Source: a virus (lineage: Duplodnaviria > Caudoviricetes). Taken from it: a stretch of 64,000 nt of DNA. Made by a program: the position numbers and the translations under genes. Shown here in pieces: positions 34,456 through 42,699 of this stretch. The notes below the pieces were generated by a model that was given only the letters and a program-made list of their open reading frames with translations, was not told the origin of the DNA and ran no database searches. How positions within the stretch are numbered: the first letter of the stretch is position 1; each line of letters begins with the position of its first letter. Location of the stretch: IMG/VR virus record IMGVR_UViG_3300033121_002239, positions 1 through 64,000 of that record. One strand, given 5' to 3'.

Positions 34456-36101
34456 GCCCCTGCGTCGGTGTCACCCGCGGCGGGGGCTTCGGCGCCGTCG
34501 CCTCCACCGCCCTCCGTGGGCGTCGTCGCGCCGTCGCCCGTGTCCGCGCTCGACCCCGCGACCTTCGTCACCGCGCCGAGGGCCTTCGTCACGTCCGCGG
34601 GCAGGAGGAGGTTCTTGGTGAGCGCGTCGAGGAGCACCGCGGGCACCTTGCGCCAGCTCTCGGGCGACGAGAGTTCGACGCCGAGGAGCGGCTCCAGAAG
34701 GTCGGCGACGTTCGCCACCGTGAGGACACCCGCCTTGATGCCGACCTCGATGACCTTCAGGAGCTGCTCCTCCGAGAGGAGCGGCGGACCCTTCGTGATC
34801 ACGCGGCAGTGCCGCGCGCCGAGTTCGGGAAGGACGAAGCTGTTCAAGAGTTCGTCCTCGTCCGCGCGCTCCGGCGCGAACACCTGCTCCTCGGCGACTT
34901 GTCTGGCCGCTTGCGCGGTAGCGAAATTGTACTCCTCGCTGCGGCCCATGAAGATCGGGGGGAGGCGGAAGGCCATCGCCACGTCCTCGACGCAGCGGGT
35001 GCGGTATTCGAGGAACTGCGCGTCGGTCTGCGCGGCCTTGGTGAGGTCCTTGAAGTCGATCCGCGGCACGGCGCCCGGCCGTGCGATCGCCATCGGGTCG
35101 GCGGGGTCGGAGGTCGTGTCGGACTTCGCTTCGAGGATGAGCGGGACGTGGCGGTTCGCGCGCCCCTTCACCGTCGCGAAGTGCTCCTTGAGACGTTCCA
35201 CCACGTCATCGTCGAGCGTCGCGCCCTGCACGAGGATCGCCATCGGGGGGATGGCGTTGTTGTCGAAGATATCGACGTTCACCTCGCCCGCCGCGGCGCG
35301 ACCGGCCGCGCTCGACGCCGCGCCGCGCCAGCATGGCTTTCCGTACACGCTCCCGGGCTCGTACCGGGTGAGGTTCAAGACCTCCGACGCGAGGTCCTGG
35401 GGCGATGCGTTCGGGTCCTCGTCGCCCGTGTCGGCGCGCAACGGCCTCGGGTCGCCCAACTCCTTGAACCACACCGTTCGGCCGTTGACGTACTGCGCGA
35501 AGCGCCGGAAGCGCCGGTACTGCGTGACCTTCTGGAAGGCGCCGTTCGCGTCGCGCACCCACCGCGCGGTCTCGACGATCGCGCGGTCCCACCGGGTCTT
35601 GCGCATCGTGTAGGTGGGGCAGTGGTCGAGCCCCACGAGGCGCCCCTTCGCGTCGCGCAGGACCTCGTAGTAGCCGTCGCCGAACACCGCCAGGTCCTTC
35701 CGCACACGCTTGCGGGCGGCGGTGAAGCTCCCGATCGACGACGCGGCGTCGAACCAGGTCTTGAGCTTCTGGCGCTCCGCCTCGATCGCGTCGCTGAGGT
35801 TCGGGGGCGGCGCGGCGAGAAGGGGCACGAACTGCACGCCGAACGAGCACGTGTTGACGGTCATCGCGTCGACGGCCGACTGGAGCACGTCCGAGTCGTC
35901 ATAGCGGCGCTGCACGACGGCGTAGGGGTAGGGCGGCTCGATGAGTCCGTGAAGGCCGTACTGATCGGCGAAGGGGTCGAGCTGCTTCGACGCGCCCGCC
36001 TTGGCCGCCTCGGGCGTGACGCCGGTCTCCAGGGGGAGGATGCGGACCTTGACGGTGGCGGTGGGCTTCGCGCGCTTCTGCGATCGTCGGGGCTTCGTCA
36101 C
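34452..36101 (-). CDS. Portal protein (PBSX family)
   Basis: GLIEPPYP...FGDGYYEVLRD.KG.L..LDH.P..TMR...F.NNAIPPMAILV.G...FRLPPI..G..E.YN.ATA. Confidence 0.9.
   Translation of the reverse strand: MTKPRRSQKRAKPTATVKVRILPLETGVTPEAAKAGASKQLDPFADQYGLHGLIEPPYPYAVVQRRYDDSDVLQSAVDAMTVNTCSFGVQFVPLLAAPPPNLSDAIEAERQKLKTWFDAASSIGSFTAARKRVRKDLAVFGDGYYEVLRDAKGRLVGLDHCPTYTMRKTRWDRAIVETARWVRDANGAFQKVTQYRRFRRFAQYVNGRTVWFKELGDPRPLRADTGDEDPNASPQDLASEVLNLTRYEPGSVYGKPCWRGAASSAAGRAAAGEVNVDIFDNNAIPPMAILVQGATLDDDVVERLKEHFATVKGRANRHVPLILEAKSDTTSDPADPMAIARPGAVPRIDFKDLTKAAQTDAQFLEYRTRCVEDVAMAFRLPPIFMGRSEEYNFATAQAARQVAEEQVFAPERADEDELLNSFVLPELGARHCRVITKGPPLLSEEQLLKVIEVGIKAGVLTVANVADLLEPLLGVELSSPESWRKVPAVLLDALTKNLLLPADVTKALGAVTKVAGSSADTGDGATTPTEGGGGDGAEAPAAGDTDAGA
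34470..34477 (-). promoter_or_regulatory. Late box CGGGTGAC
   Basis: Inside the portal 3' end, 14 nt before protease GTG 34455. Confidence 0.6.
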
Positions 36102-36115
36102 GCCCCTTCGGGCGA

Positions 36116-36123
36116 GTCACCCG
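36116..36123 (-). promoter_or_regulatory. Late box CGGGTGAC
   Basis: Intergenic, 14 nt before the portal GTG. Confidence 0.65.
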
Positions 36124-36124
36124 A

Positions 36125-36595
36125 TCAGGTGTAGTCCGACGAGACGGTCGTGCGCAGGGTGTAGCCCGCGCGGGTCGTCGCGGCGGCGCGCAGGGCCACC
36201 ACCTCGGTGCGCAGCGCTTCGGCGTAGCTGCGGAGCTGCACGACCTCGAGGCGCAGCGCTTCGAGGTAGTTCCGCGCCTGCACGACCTCGGCGCGCAGGG
36301 CGTTGATCGTGTTGCGGTCGGCGGTGTTCTCGGGGCCTGTCGGCGCGGCGGGGTCGCCGTACGCGGAGAGGGCGCTGTTCAGCGCGGCGTCGATCGTCGG
36401 GACCGTGGTGCCCGCGGGCGAGGTGACGGTCGGGACCGCGACGCCCGCGGGCGAGGTGATCGTCGAGGGGGCGGTGCCCTTCAGTCGGTTCACGTCGTAC
36501 GCGAGGCCGTTGAGGAGCGTCTTGACGTCGGGCGAACCGTGGCCCGGGTTGAGGCCCGCGCCGCCCGTACCGAAGTTCTGGGGGATTGCGACCAT
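36125..36595 (-). CDS. Putative head fibre/decoration protein with a heptad coiled coil
   Basis: ALRAEVVQARNYLE/ALRLEVVQLRSYAE/ALRTEVVALR 14-residue repeat; late box upstream. Confidence 0.5.
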   Translation of the reverse strand: MVAIPQNFGTGGAGLNPGHGSPDVKTLLNGLAYDVNRLKGTAPSTITSPAGVAVPTVTSPAGTTVPTIDAALNSALSAYGDPAAPTGPENTADRNTINALRAEVVQARNYLEALRLEVVQLRSYAEALRTEVVALRAAATTRAGYTLRTTVSSDYT

Positions 36596-36628
36596 GGGGT
36601 GGGGTGATCCTTTCGGACCTTCCGCCCG

Positions 36629-36636
36629 GTCACCCC
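36629..36636 (-). promoter_or_regulatory. Late box GGGGTGAC
   Basis: 33 nt before ATG 36595; overlaps the upstream stop. Confidence 0.5.
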
Positions 36637-37196
36637 CGGAGGCGCGCGGGCCACTTCCCGCCGCGGTGGGACGTCGACGCGAGGAAGCGCCACCAGGGCC
36701 CTGCGCCTCCGCGGGACTCGTAGAAGTCCCGCACGGCCCCCACGACCTCGGTGTAGAGCGCGGCGAACTGCCAGTGGTCGGGCATCGACTGCGCGAGGTC
36801 CTCGGCGTCGTCGAGGCGGAGGAAGAACGCGTGCCAGGGCGCGCAGTGTGGGGGCTTCGCGCGCGTGTCGTCGCGGTCGATCCGCTCGACCTCGATCCCG
36901 AGCTTGCGCTCGCGCGCGACGAGGAGCGCCCGGTCCCAGACGAAGCACCCGCCGTCCGCGAGCCGCCGGTTGAGGATCGCCGCGCGCTGGTGCGCGAGGC
37001 TCGCGGCGTGCTGCGCGATCACGTGCGCGGGCGGCTCCGGGGCGAGGCCCGAGTCGTCGAGGAGGCGCTGTCCGCGCGGGATGCCGTGCGCGCCCTCCCG
37101 GCGGAGCGTGCGGCCGCACGTCTCACAACGACACCGGGACTCGGCGGGCTGCGTGACGAACCGGGCCGTGGTCGGGACGAGGACGAGCGCGCTCAC
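36630..37196 (-). CDS. Hypothetical protein (CxCxxC)
   Basis: GTGA-coupled start; natural composition. Confidence 0.5.
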   Translation of the reverse strand: MSALVLVPTTARFVTQPAESRCRCETCGRTLRREGAHGIPRGQRLLDDSGLAPEPPAHVIAQHAASLAHQRAAILNRRLADGGCFVWDRALLVARERKLGIEVERIDRDDTRAKPPHCAPWHAFFLRLDDAEDLAQSMPDHWQFAALYTEVVGAVRDFYESRGGAGPWWRFLASTSHRGGKWPARLRG

Positions 37197-38152
37197 CAGA
37201 GCCCCTCGCCGTAGGGGTGCGGGACCTCGGGGGCAGGCGAAGTACTCGGCGCGGCCTCGTCCACCGGGGCGACGTGGCCGACGAGCGCACCCTCGGCGGT
37301 GAAGACCTCGACGCGCGCCGTCGGGAGGTGGCGCTGCACCTCGATCGCGTGCTCGACGCGACGCCGCACGACCAGGCCCTCGGCGTCCTCGAAGGGGTCG
37401 CCCGAGGGCGGGATCGGGACGGTCGCGACGATGCGCTCGCCGGTCGTGTCGTGCACCCAGGTGTGGCGCCAGCAGAAGTCCGTCGCGAGCCCCACCCCTC
37501 CGTTGCCCTCGCGGCGCGTGTGGTGGGGCTTCGTCGCGAACTCCACCCCGTTCGCACCGTCGATGTGCCGCTGGCCGCACGCGGGGCAGAGGATGACCTC
37601 CCGCGGCAGGCCATCGGCACACGCGCGCTGAAGGCGGTCCCGCTCGACACGTACCGCGTCGAGGGCCTTCCCTGACACGAGCCGCGTCCCCTCGACCTCG
37701 ATCTCCCGGTCGGCGCTCGCGCACACATACCGCACGGCGTCATCCAGGGCTTCGAGCTCCTGCTTCTTCTTCTGCGCGCGCAGCACGTCGAGGATGAAGG
37801 GATAGTCGCGGGGCTTGGCGGAGTCGCGCACCTCCTCGGCCGTGCCCCACCACGCCTCCGCCGCGTCGTCCCCCGCGACGAGCTCACCGTCGGCGTCGGC
37901 TTCGACGATGTAGAGGGTGTAGGTCGGCTGCTTGTCCACGCCGAGGAGCCGCCCGATGCGGGTCACGGTGAGGCCCGTCTCTTCACGGATCTCGCGGATA
38001 AGGGCTTCGTCCAGGGTCTCGCCCGGTTCGAGCCTGCCGCCCGGGGTGAGCACGTAGCCGTTCTTCTTCGAGCGGATGAGGCACACCTTGCCGTCGCGGA
38101 CGATGATCGCGGCGACGGCCGTGACAGGTGCGTGGGTCGTGGTGTCGTTCAT
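37193..38152 (-). CDS. Nudix hydrolase domain fused to an unknown C-terminal region
   Basis: Nudix box GGRLEPGETLDEALIREIREETG. Confidence 0.85.
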   Translation of the reverse strand: MNDTTTHAPVTAVAAIIVRDGKVCLIRSKKNGYVLTPGGRLEPGETLDEALIREIREETGLTVTRIGRLLGVDKQPTYTLYIVEADADGELVAGDDAAEAWWGTAEEVRDSAKPRDYPFILDVLRAQKKKQELEALDDAVRYVCASADREIEVEGTRLVSGKALDAVRVERDRLQRACADGLPREVILCPACGQRHIDGANGVEFATKPHHTRREGNGGVGLATDFCWRHTWVHDTTGERIVATVPIPPSGDPFEDAEGLVVRRRVEHAIEVQRHLPTARVEVFTAEGALVGHVAPVDEAAPSTSPAPEVPHPYGEGLW

Positions 38153-38427
38153 GGTCGTGGCCCTCCTTGATCGGCCGCGACCGTCGCTTTCAAGACCCGA
38201 TCCACGGCCAGGAACCACTCGTGCGAACCTCGGCTCCCGCTCCGCCGGAGGAGCACACTGTCGAACTCCCAGAGGGCGGCCACGTGGTCGAGCGCGTGCT
38301 CCTCGCAGGCGCCGCACACAGGGAGCGTGACGTTCGTCGCGCCGAGTCGATACGCCTCCACGGCGGGCTGCACCTCGCAGAGCGCGCACCGCTCGCCCGG
38401 GGCCACGGTGAAGCTGTACCCGGCCAT
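38149..38427 (-). CDS. Small CxxC...CxxC protein
   Basis: CALC...CGAC; start uncertain. Confidence 0.45.
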   Translation of the reverse strand: MAGYSFTVAPGERCALCEVQPAVEAYRLGATNVTLPVCGACEEHALDHVAALWEFDSVLLRRSGSRGSHEWFLAVDRVLKATVAADQGGPRP

Positions 38428-38432
38428 GGTGT

Positions 38433-39434
38433 TCAGGGGCGACGTGGGCTCCACCGGAAGCGGCACACGACGAGTTGGGTGTGAAGGTCGCTGAGCTTGC
38501 GCACCACGCCGACCGCCGGGAGGCGCCGGTCGTAGTGGGTCCTCGCACGCTCAAGGAGCGCGGTGAGCGTCGTGGTGTCGTACCCCTCGGCCACGCCCCA
38601 GAAGCCGTCCGCGTCCTCCTGGGTGAGCCGCTCGGTCTCGCCGCGCAGGTAGCGTTGCGCGGCGTCGGTGCGCGAGATCGCGTACACCACACGCGCCTCG
38701 CGATCGGTGAGCGGCCCTCGGTCGATCGGCTGGGCGGGGGCGGGCACGGTCGCAGGCGGAGGGACAGGAGGAGCGCTCTCCACGACGATCCCGCGGGCCT
38801 TGCGGCGCTCGCGGTCCACGTCGATCCCGTAGGACTTCACGAGGCGGTAGATGCTCGAGCGCGAAATATCGAGCTCCTTTGCCGTGCGACGGAGGTTGTA
38901 CCCGGTCTCCACCAGTGTGCGCTCGATCGTGATGCGCTTCTGCATGGCGAGCGAGGTGCCGCCCGAACCCGTCGCGTGTCGCGCGAACGTGCGGAGCCGC
39001 TTCAAGCGGACGCGTCGCAGCCGACGCACGATGCGCTTCCGTCGCGGCGCGGGGGCGGCCTCGGGCGCGTCGGCGACGGGGAGGGCCTGCGCCGCGCCGT
39101 GGCCCTCCGCCGTGAGCCGCAGGCCGCCCTTCTCCCGCGCGAAGTAGCCCTGCCCCACGAGACCCGCCGTACCGCACACGCGCACGCGGATCTTCACGTG
39201 GTCGGGGTGCTCGGGGAAGCCCTGAAGCGCGAAGGCGCTCGGGTAGAGGTGGTGCGCGGCGACCGCGAGGTCTTCGGTCGAGAAGACGGGGAGCCGCGCG
39301 GAGAGCTTCGCCGCGGCGGCGAGGAGCATGGCGGCGTGCGAGTGGGTGGACACGCGGGGTGGGGCGGCGCTCTCTTCGACGCGCTCTCCTTCGTCACCGC
39401 ACGTGCCGCTGTACTCGTTGAGAGCGTCGTGCAT
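38433..39434 (-). CDS. Multidomain protein with a central Fis-type HTH
   Basis: ITIERTLVETGYNLRRTAKELDISRSSIYRLVKSYGI. Confidence 0.65.
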   Translation of the reverse strand: MHDALNEYSGTCGDEGERVEESAAPPRVSTHSHAAMLLAAAAKLSARLPVFSTEDLAVAAHHLYPSAFALQGFPEHPDHVKIRVRVCGTAGLVGQGYFAREKGGLRLTAEGHGAAQALPVADAPEAAPAPRRKRIVRRLRRVRLKRLRTFARHATGSGGTSLAMQKRITIERTLVETGYNLRRTAKELDISRSSIYRLVKSYGIDVDRERRKARGIVVESAPPVPPPATVPAPAQPIDRGPLTDREARVVYAISRTDAAQRYLRGETERLTQEDADGFWGVAEGYDTTTLTALLERARTHYDRRLPAVGVVRKLSDLHTQLVVCRFRWSPRRP

Positions 39435-39436
39435 GG

Positions 39437-39757
39437 TCAAGCCTGCTGGAGCTTCTGGAGGTTGGTGATCGTGGTGGTGAGGAGCGACTCCGCCTTGCGC
39501 AGGAGGACGGGGATCGCCGTCTCGAACGCGGGCGGCGTCGGATTGCGAAACGGCTCGGTGAAGGTGTTCACGCTGACTTGTCCCACGACGCCAGGGGCGT
39601 CGGTGAGGCCACCCAGGACCACCGAGGCGCGCGCCTCGTAGCGATACCCTTGGCGGTCGTCTGCGAATCTCCATGCCTCCAGACGGAGGACGGTGAGCGC
39701 GTGCGGGAAGTGGTTGAGGGCGGAGAGGATCAGTTGCAATCGATCGGCTTCGGTCAT
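39437..39757 (-). CDS. Hypothetical protein
   Basis: ATGA-coupled ORF. Confidence 0.5.
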   Translation of the reverse strand: MTEADRLQLILSALNHFPHALTVLRLEAWRFADDRQGYRYEARASVVLGGLTDAPGVVGQVSVNTFTEPFRNPTPPAFETAIPVLLRKAESLLTTTITNLQKLQQA

Positions 39758-40557
39758 GCCCCGCGCTGTCGCAAAACGCGGTCCATCGCGGGGTAGAGGT
39801 CGCCCGCGAGGACATCGGAGAGCCCCGCGCGCTGGCCGTCGTTGATCTCGATGACGATCCAGTCGCCCGCGGCCGTGCGCGCCACGTCGAGGGCGTAGAA
39901 GCGCAGGCGGGGGTGGACGCGGGCGAGGGCCTCGCGGAGGAAGTCCGCGGGGATCTCCGAGGCGGGCGGCGGGTCGCGCACGGTGCAGTCCTCGGGCGGC
40001 CAGTAGAAGCCCCGGCCGACGACCTCGCGGTCGAGCACGAACACCCGGAACTCCGTCGAGACCGGGCACCCGCCGAAGCCCTCCCCGAGGCGCTCCAGGG
40101 GCACGTAGCGCCGCGCGACGATCGTCTGCGCGCGCATCCCCGTGTCGCGCTGAAGGAGGCTGCGAAGGTCGATCGCGGCGGCCTTCGTCGGCGCGTGCAT
40201 CCGCTCCCAGGACCCTTTGTCCGCGCTCGCCCCCTTCACGATGAAGGCCGTCCCGTCGTCGGGGAGCTGCGCGAAGTCCTCCCAGGTGTCGGGCGTGACG
40301 CCGCGGAGGTCGTCGGCCCACCGGGCGGGGTCGGCGGCGTAGCGGTAGGCCCACCCGTCGTTGAGGAGCCGCGCGCCGAGGCGGGCCACGTCGGCGTCGA
40401 GGCGACGCTCCCACGGCCAGGCGTAGTGTCGGGCGTACACGAGGTCGCCCGCGCGCACGTCGAGGACGGAGGTCACCGGGCGCCACCCGAGGGCCTGCGC
40501 GGCGGCGAGCTCGTCGGGGTCGAGCTGCGAGGGTTCGTGGAGGAAGACGACGTTCAT
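39754..40557 (-). CDS. ATP-grasp protein (R2K clade-like)
   Basis: AFIVKG...ARRYVPL...EFRVFVLD..VV..GFYW...FYALDVA.T..GDWIVIEINDGQ.AGL. Confidence 0.75.
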   Translation of the reverse strand: MNVVFLHEPSQLDPDELAAAQALGWRPVTSVLDVRAGDLVYARHYAWPWERRLDADVARLGARLLNDGWAYRYAADPARWADDLRGVTPDTWEDFAQLPDDGTAFIVKGASADKGSWERMHAPTKAAAIDLRSLLQRDTGMRAQTIVARRYVPLERLGEGFGGCPVSTEFRVFVLDREVVGRGFYWPPEDCTVRDPPPASEIPADFLREALARVHPRLRFYALDVARTAAGDWIVIEINDGQRAGLSDVLAGDLYPAMDRVLRQRGA

Positions 40558-41213
40558 GCCGCCGAGTCTGCAACGTCCTGGCCGAGGAAGGGCCCCGCGC
40601 CCCACGACCACGCGCGGAGGAGTATCCGGTTCGTCTCGTGGGGCGGGGGCGGCGGGCCGTTGCGCCAGCGCTCGATGCGCGCGGCGTGACCGGCCTCGAT
40701 GAGCGAGCGGGCGCGGTGCTGGAGGTTTGCGAGGTCGAAGCCCGCGCGGGTGAGGGCGATCCCGAGGCCGTTCCATTGCCACTCGCGCGGCTTCCCGAGG
40801 AGGTTCCAGAGCTCATACGAGGCGCCCGAGGGCGAGATCCACAGGGGGTGGAGCGGGTCCTCGCGCACGCCCGGCTGCGGCGTCCACTCGTTCTCGCGGA
40901 GCCATGGGGTCCAGGCGTGGCGCCAGAGCGCGCGCCAGTACCCCCCGGCCTGGAACCGCACCTTCTTTTGCCCTCGGAAGACGGCCGTGTGGAGACCAAA
41001 CCGGCCCGTGTAGGGGTTCCGCCGGAACTCGTGCACGAGGGCGTAGCCATGCAGGCGGAGGAAGGTCTCGGGGTCGAGGAGGAGCCGCTCGTCGATCGCG
41101 GCGGCGAGCTGGACGAGCGGGTGCTGCACGGCCTGGTGGTAGACCGTCGGCCACAGGCCGTGCGCGTCGAGGACGGGCACCTCGATCACCTTGCGGGCGG
41201 TCTCATCGCTCAT
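40554..41213 (-). CDS. Hypothetical Trp-rich protein
   Basis: Coupled ORF with natural composition. Confidence 0.55.
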   Translation of the reverse strand: MSDETARKVIEVPVLDAHGLWPTVYHQAVQHPLVQLAAAIDERLLLDPETFLRLHGYALVHEFRRNPYTGRFGLHTAVFRGQKKVRFQAGGYWRALWRHAWTPWLRENEWTPQPGVREDPLHPLWISPSGASYELWNLLGKPREWQWNGLGIALTRAGFDLANLQHRARSLIEAGHAARIERWRNGPPPPPHETNRILLRAWSWGAGPFLGQDVADSAA

Positions 41214-41487
41214 GGGTCTCTCCCTCGGCGTCCTCCTCGTAGGTCGGGGCGTGCAGCGTGACGAGCTCGGCGCCGTCGACGAAGTCGCGGACGAAGGCCG
41301 CGCAGAGGGCGGCGACGAGGAGGTCGTCGTAGCTGTCGAACTCCAGCGGCGTGACGGTCGTGAGGACGCCGCGGAGCATCACCGTGCACCCGTGCGGGGA
41401 GCTCACGGTGTCGATCCAGGCCCACACGTCGCCGAGCTCGGTCGTGATGCGCCACGGGCGCAGGAAGGCGCGGCGGATCGCGCTCAT
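41203..41487 (-). CDS. Hypothetical protein
   Basis: Coupled ORF. Confidence 0.5.
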   Translation of the reverse strand: MSAIRRAFLRPWRITTELGDVWAWIDTVSSPHGCTVMLRGVLTTVTPLEFDSYDDLLVAALCAAFVRDFVDGAELVTLHAPTYEEDAEGETHER

Positions 41488-41927
41488 GGTTGCGTGTTCG
41501 CGCACGCGAAGATGCCGCACAGGTACGCGGTCAGCTCCTCGCGGTTGAGCTCGACCTCGCCCGCCTCGATCCGCCGCACGTGCTCCACGTCCGCGAACCG
41601 GCGCACCTGCGCGAGGGCACCGGGCGAGGCGTGGAAGGTCTCGCGGAGGCAGCGCAGGCTCTCCCCGACCTCCCGGCGCCTCATCCCCGCGCGGGAGGTC
41701 GAGCGCCCAAGAAGGTCGTCGATCGGGCGGCCCGTGACCTTGGAGAGCCGCGTGAGGAGCCCCACCCCGACGCCGCACCGACCGTTGAGCACGTCCGAGA
41801 CGCTCGCCTTCGTCCACCCGATCGCTTGGGCCGTCTTGCGCGTGTGACGGCCGTTCTGTTCGTAGAGCTCGGTGAGCACCCCGCGAAGGTGGGTGAGCTC
41901 CCGCTCGGTGAGGGGCGTGGCTCTCAC
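41484..41927 (-). CDS. XRE-family HTH protein (possibly two HTH domains)
   Basis: TRKTAQAIGWTKASVSDVLNGRCGVGVGLLTRLSKVTGRPIDDLLG. Confidence 0.7.
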   Translation of the reverse strand: MRATPLTERELTHLRGVLTELYEQNGRHTRKTAQAIGWTKASVSDVLNGRCGVGVGLLTRLSKVTGRPIDDLLGRSTSRAGMRRREVGESLRCLRETFHASPGALAQVRRFADVEHVRRIEAGEVELNREELTAYLCGIFACANTQP

Positions 41928-42583
41928 GCGGCCGCACCGACGGGCGTGAGGTGGACGAGGAGGTAGCGCCACACGGAGCTGCGCGTGCCCCGGTAGCGGT
42001 GGTTGCGCGTGAGGTTCACCCAGACGCGGGCGCCGGCGGTGAGCCGCTCGCGGTACTTCTCCTGATCGCAGACGATCCAGAAGCGGCGGACGCGTCGCGT
42101 GCCGTCGATGCCGCGCGCCCGCACGGTGAGGTGGACGACGGGCACCTGCACTTCGAGGTCGCCGTTGCGATCGACGACGGTCTCCTGCCGCACCTCGTCG
42201 AGCGTCCCGACGGCGGTGATCCACCAGCCGTCTTCCGGGGCCGGTGGCGGCGGCGCGGGGGGCGAGGGCGGGACCGCGGCCGGATCGACCCGACCGAGCG
42301 CGCGGAGGAACACCCGGTCGGCTGCGTCGAACGTCGTGCGCAGCGCCTCGGCGAGGTACGACGCGAGGGACTTCTGACACCCCGTCGCGTGGGTGCCGCC
42401 GAGGGCGACGAGACGCTCGCGCCACGCGAGCCAGAGGCGCACGGCGGCGTCGAGCGAGCGCACCTTCGAGGCGTCGGCGTGGAAGGCCAGCACCGCATCG
42501 GGCGGGACGTCAAGGTCGTGGGAAGGGGCGGGGAGAGAGCCCGCGGGCGGGTCGGGGATCGGATCGAAGTCGAGGTCGTTCAT
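41924..42583 (-). CDS. Hypothetical protein
   Basis: 219 aa with a Pro-rich linker and beta-rich C-terminus. Confidence 0.6.
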   Translation of the reverse strand: MNDLDFDPIPDPPAGSLPAPSHDLDVPPDAVLAFHADASKVRSLDAAVRLWLAWRERLVALGGTHATGCQKSLASYLAEALRTTFDAADRVFLRALGRVDPAAVPPSPPAPPPPAPEDGWWITAVGTLDEVRQETVVDRNGDLEVQVPVVHLTVRARGIDGTRRVRRFWIVCDQEKYRERLTAGARVWVNLTRNHRYRGTRSSVWRYLLVHLTPVGAAA

Positions 42584-42628
42584 GCCCCGCGCAGGAGCAC
42601 GGAGCGGGCCACGGTCACCCTCTCACAC

Positions 42629-42696
42629 GCTCCGTTCTTTCGCTTCGTGTGTCCTGAAACGCGTGTTTGAACCCGAGGCTACCGAAAGAACGGAGC
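42629..42696. other. Intergenic 14-bp perfect inverted repeat with a 40-nt loop
   Basis: GCTCCGTTCTTTCG (42629-42642) / CGAAAGAACGGAGC (42683-42696), immediately after the terL stop. Confidence 0.75.
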
Positions 42697-42699
42697 AAT

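Noticed and set aside
32788-35613. 941-aa plus-strand ORF (and similar long ORFs such as 25716-28223, 25612-27684, 18275-20200, 61323-63203)
   Set aside because: Shadow frames of high-GC genes, Arg/Gly/Ala-rich with no motifs, overlapping clearly identified genes.
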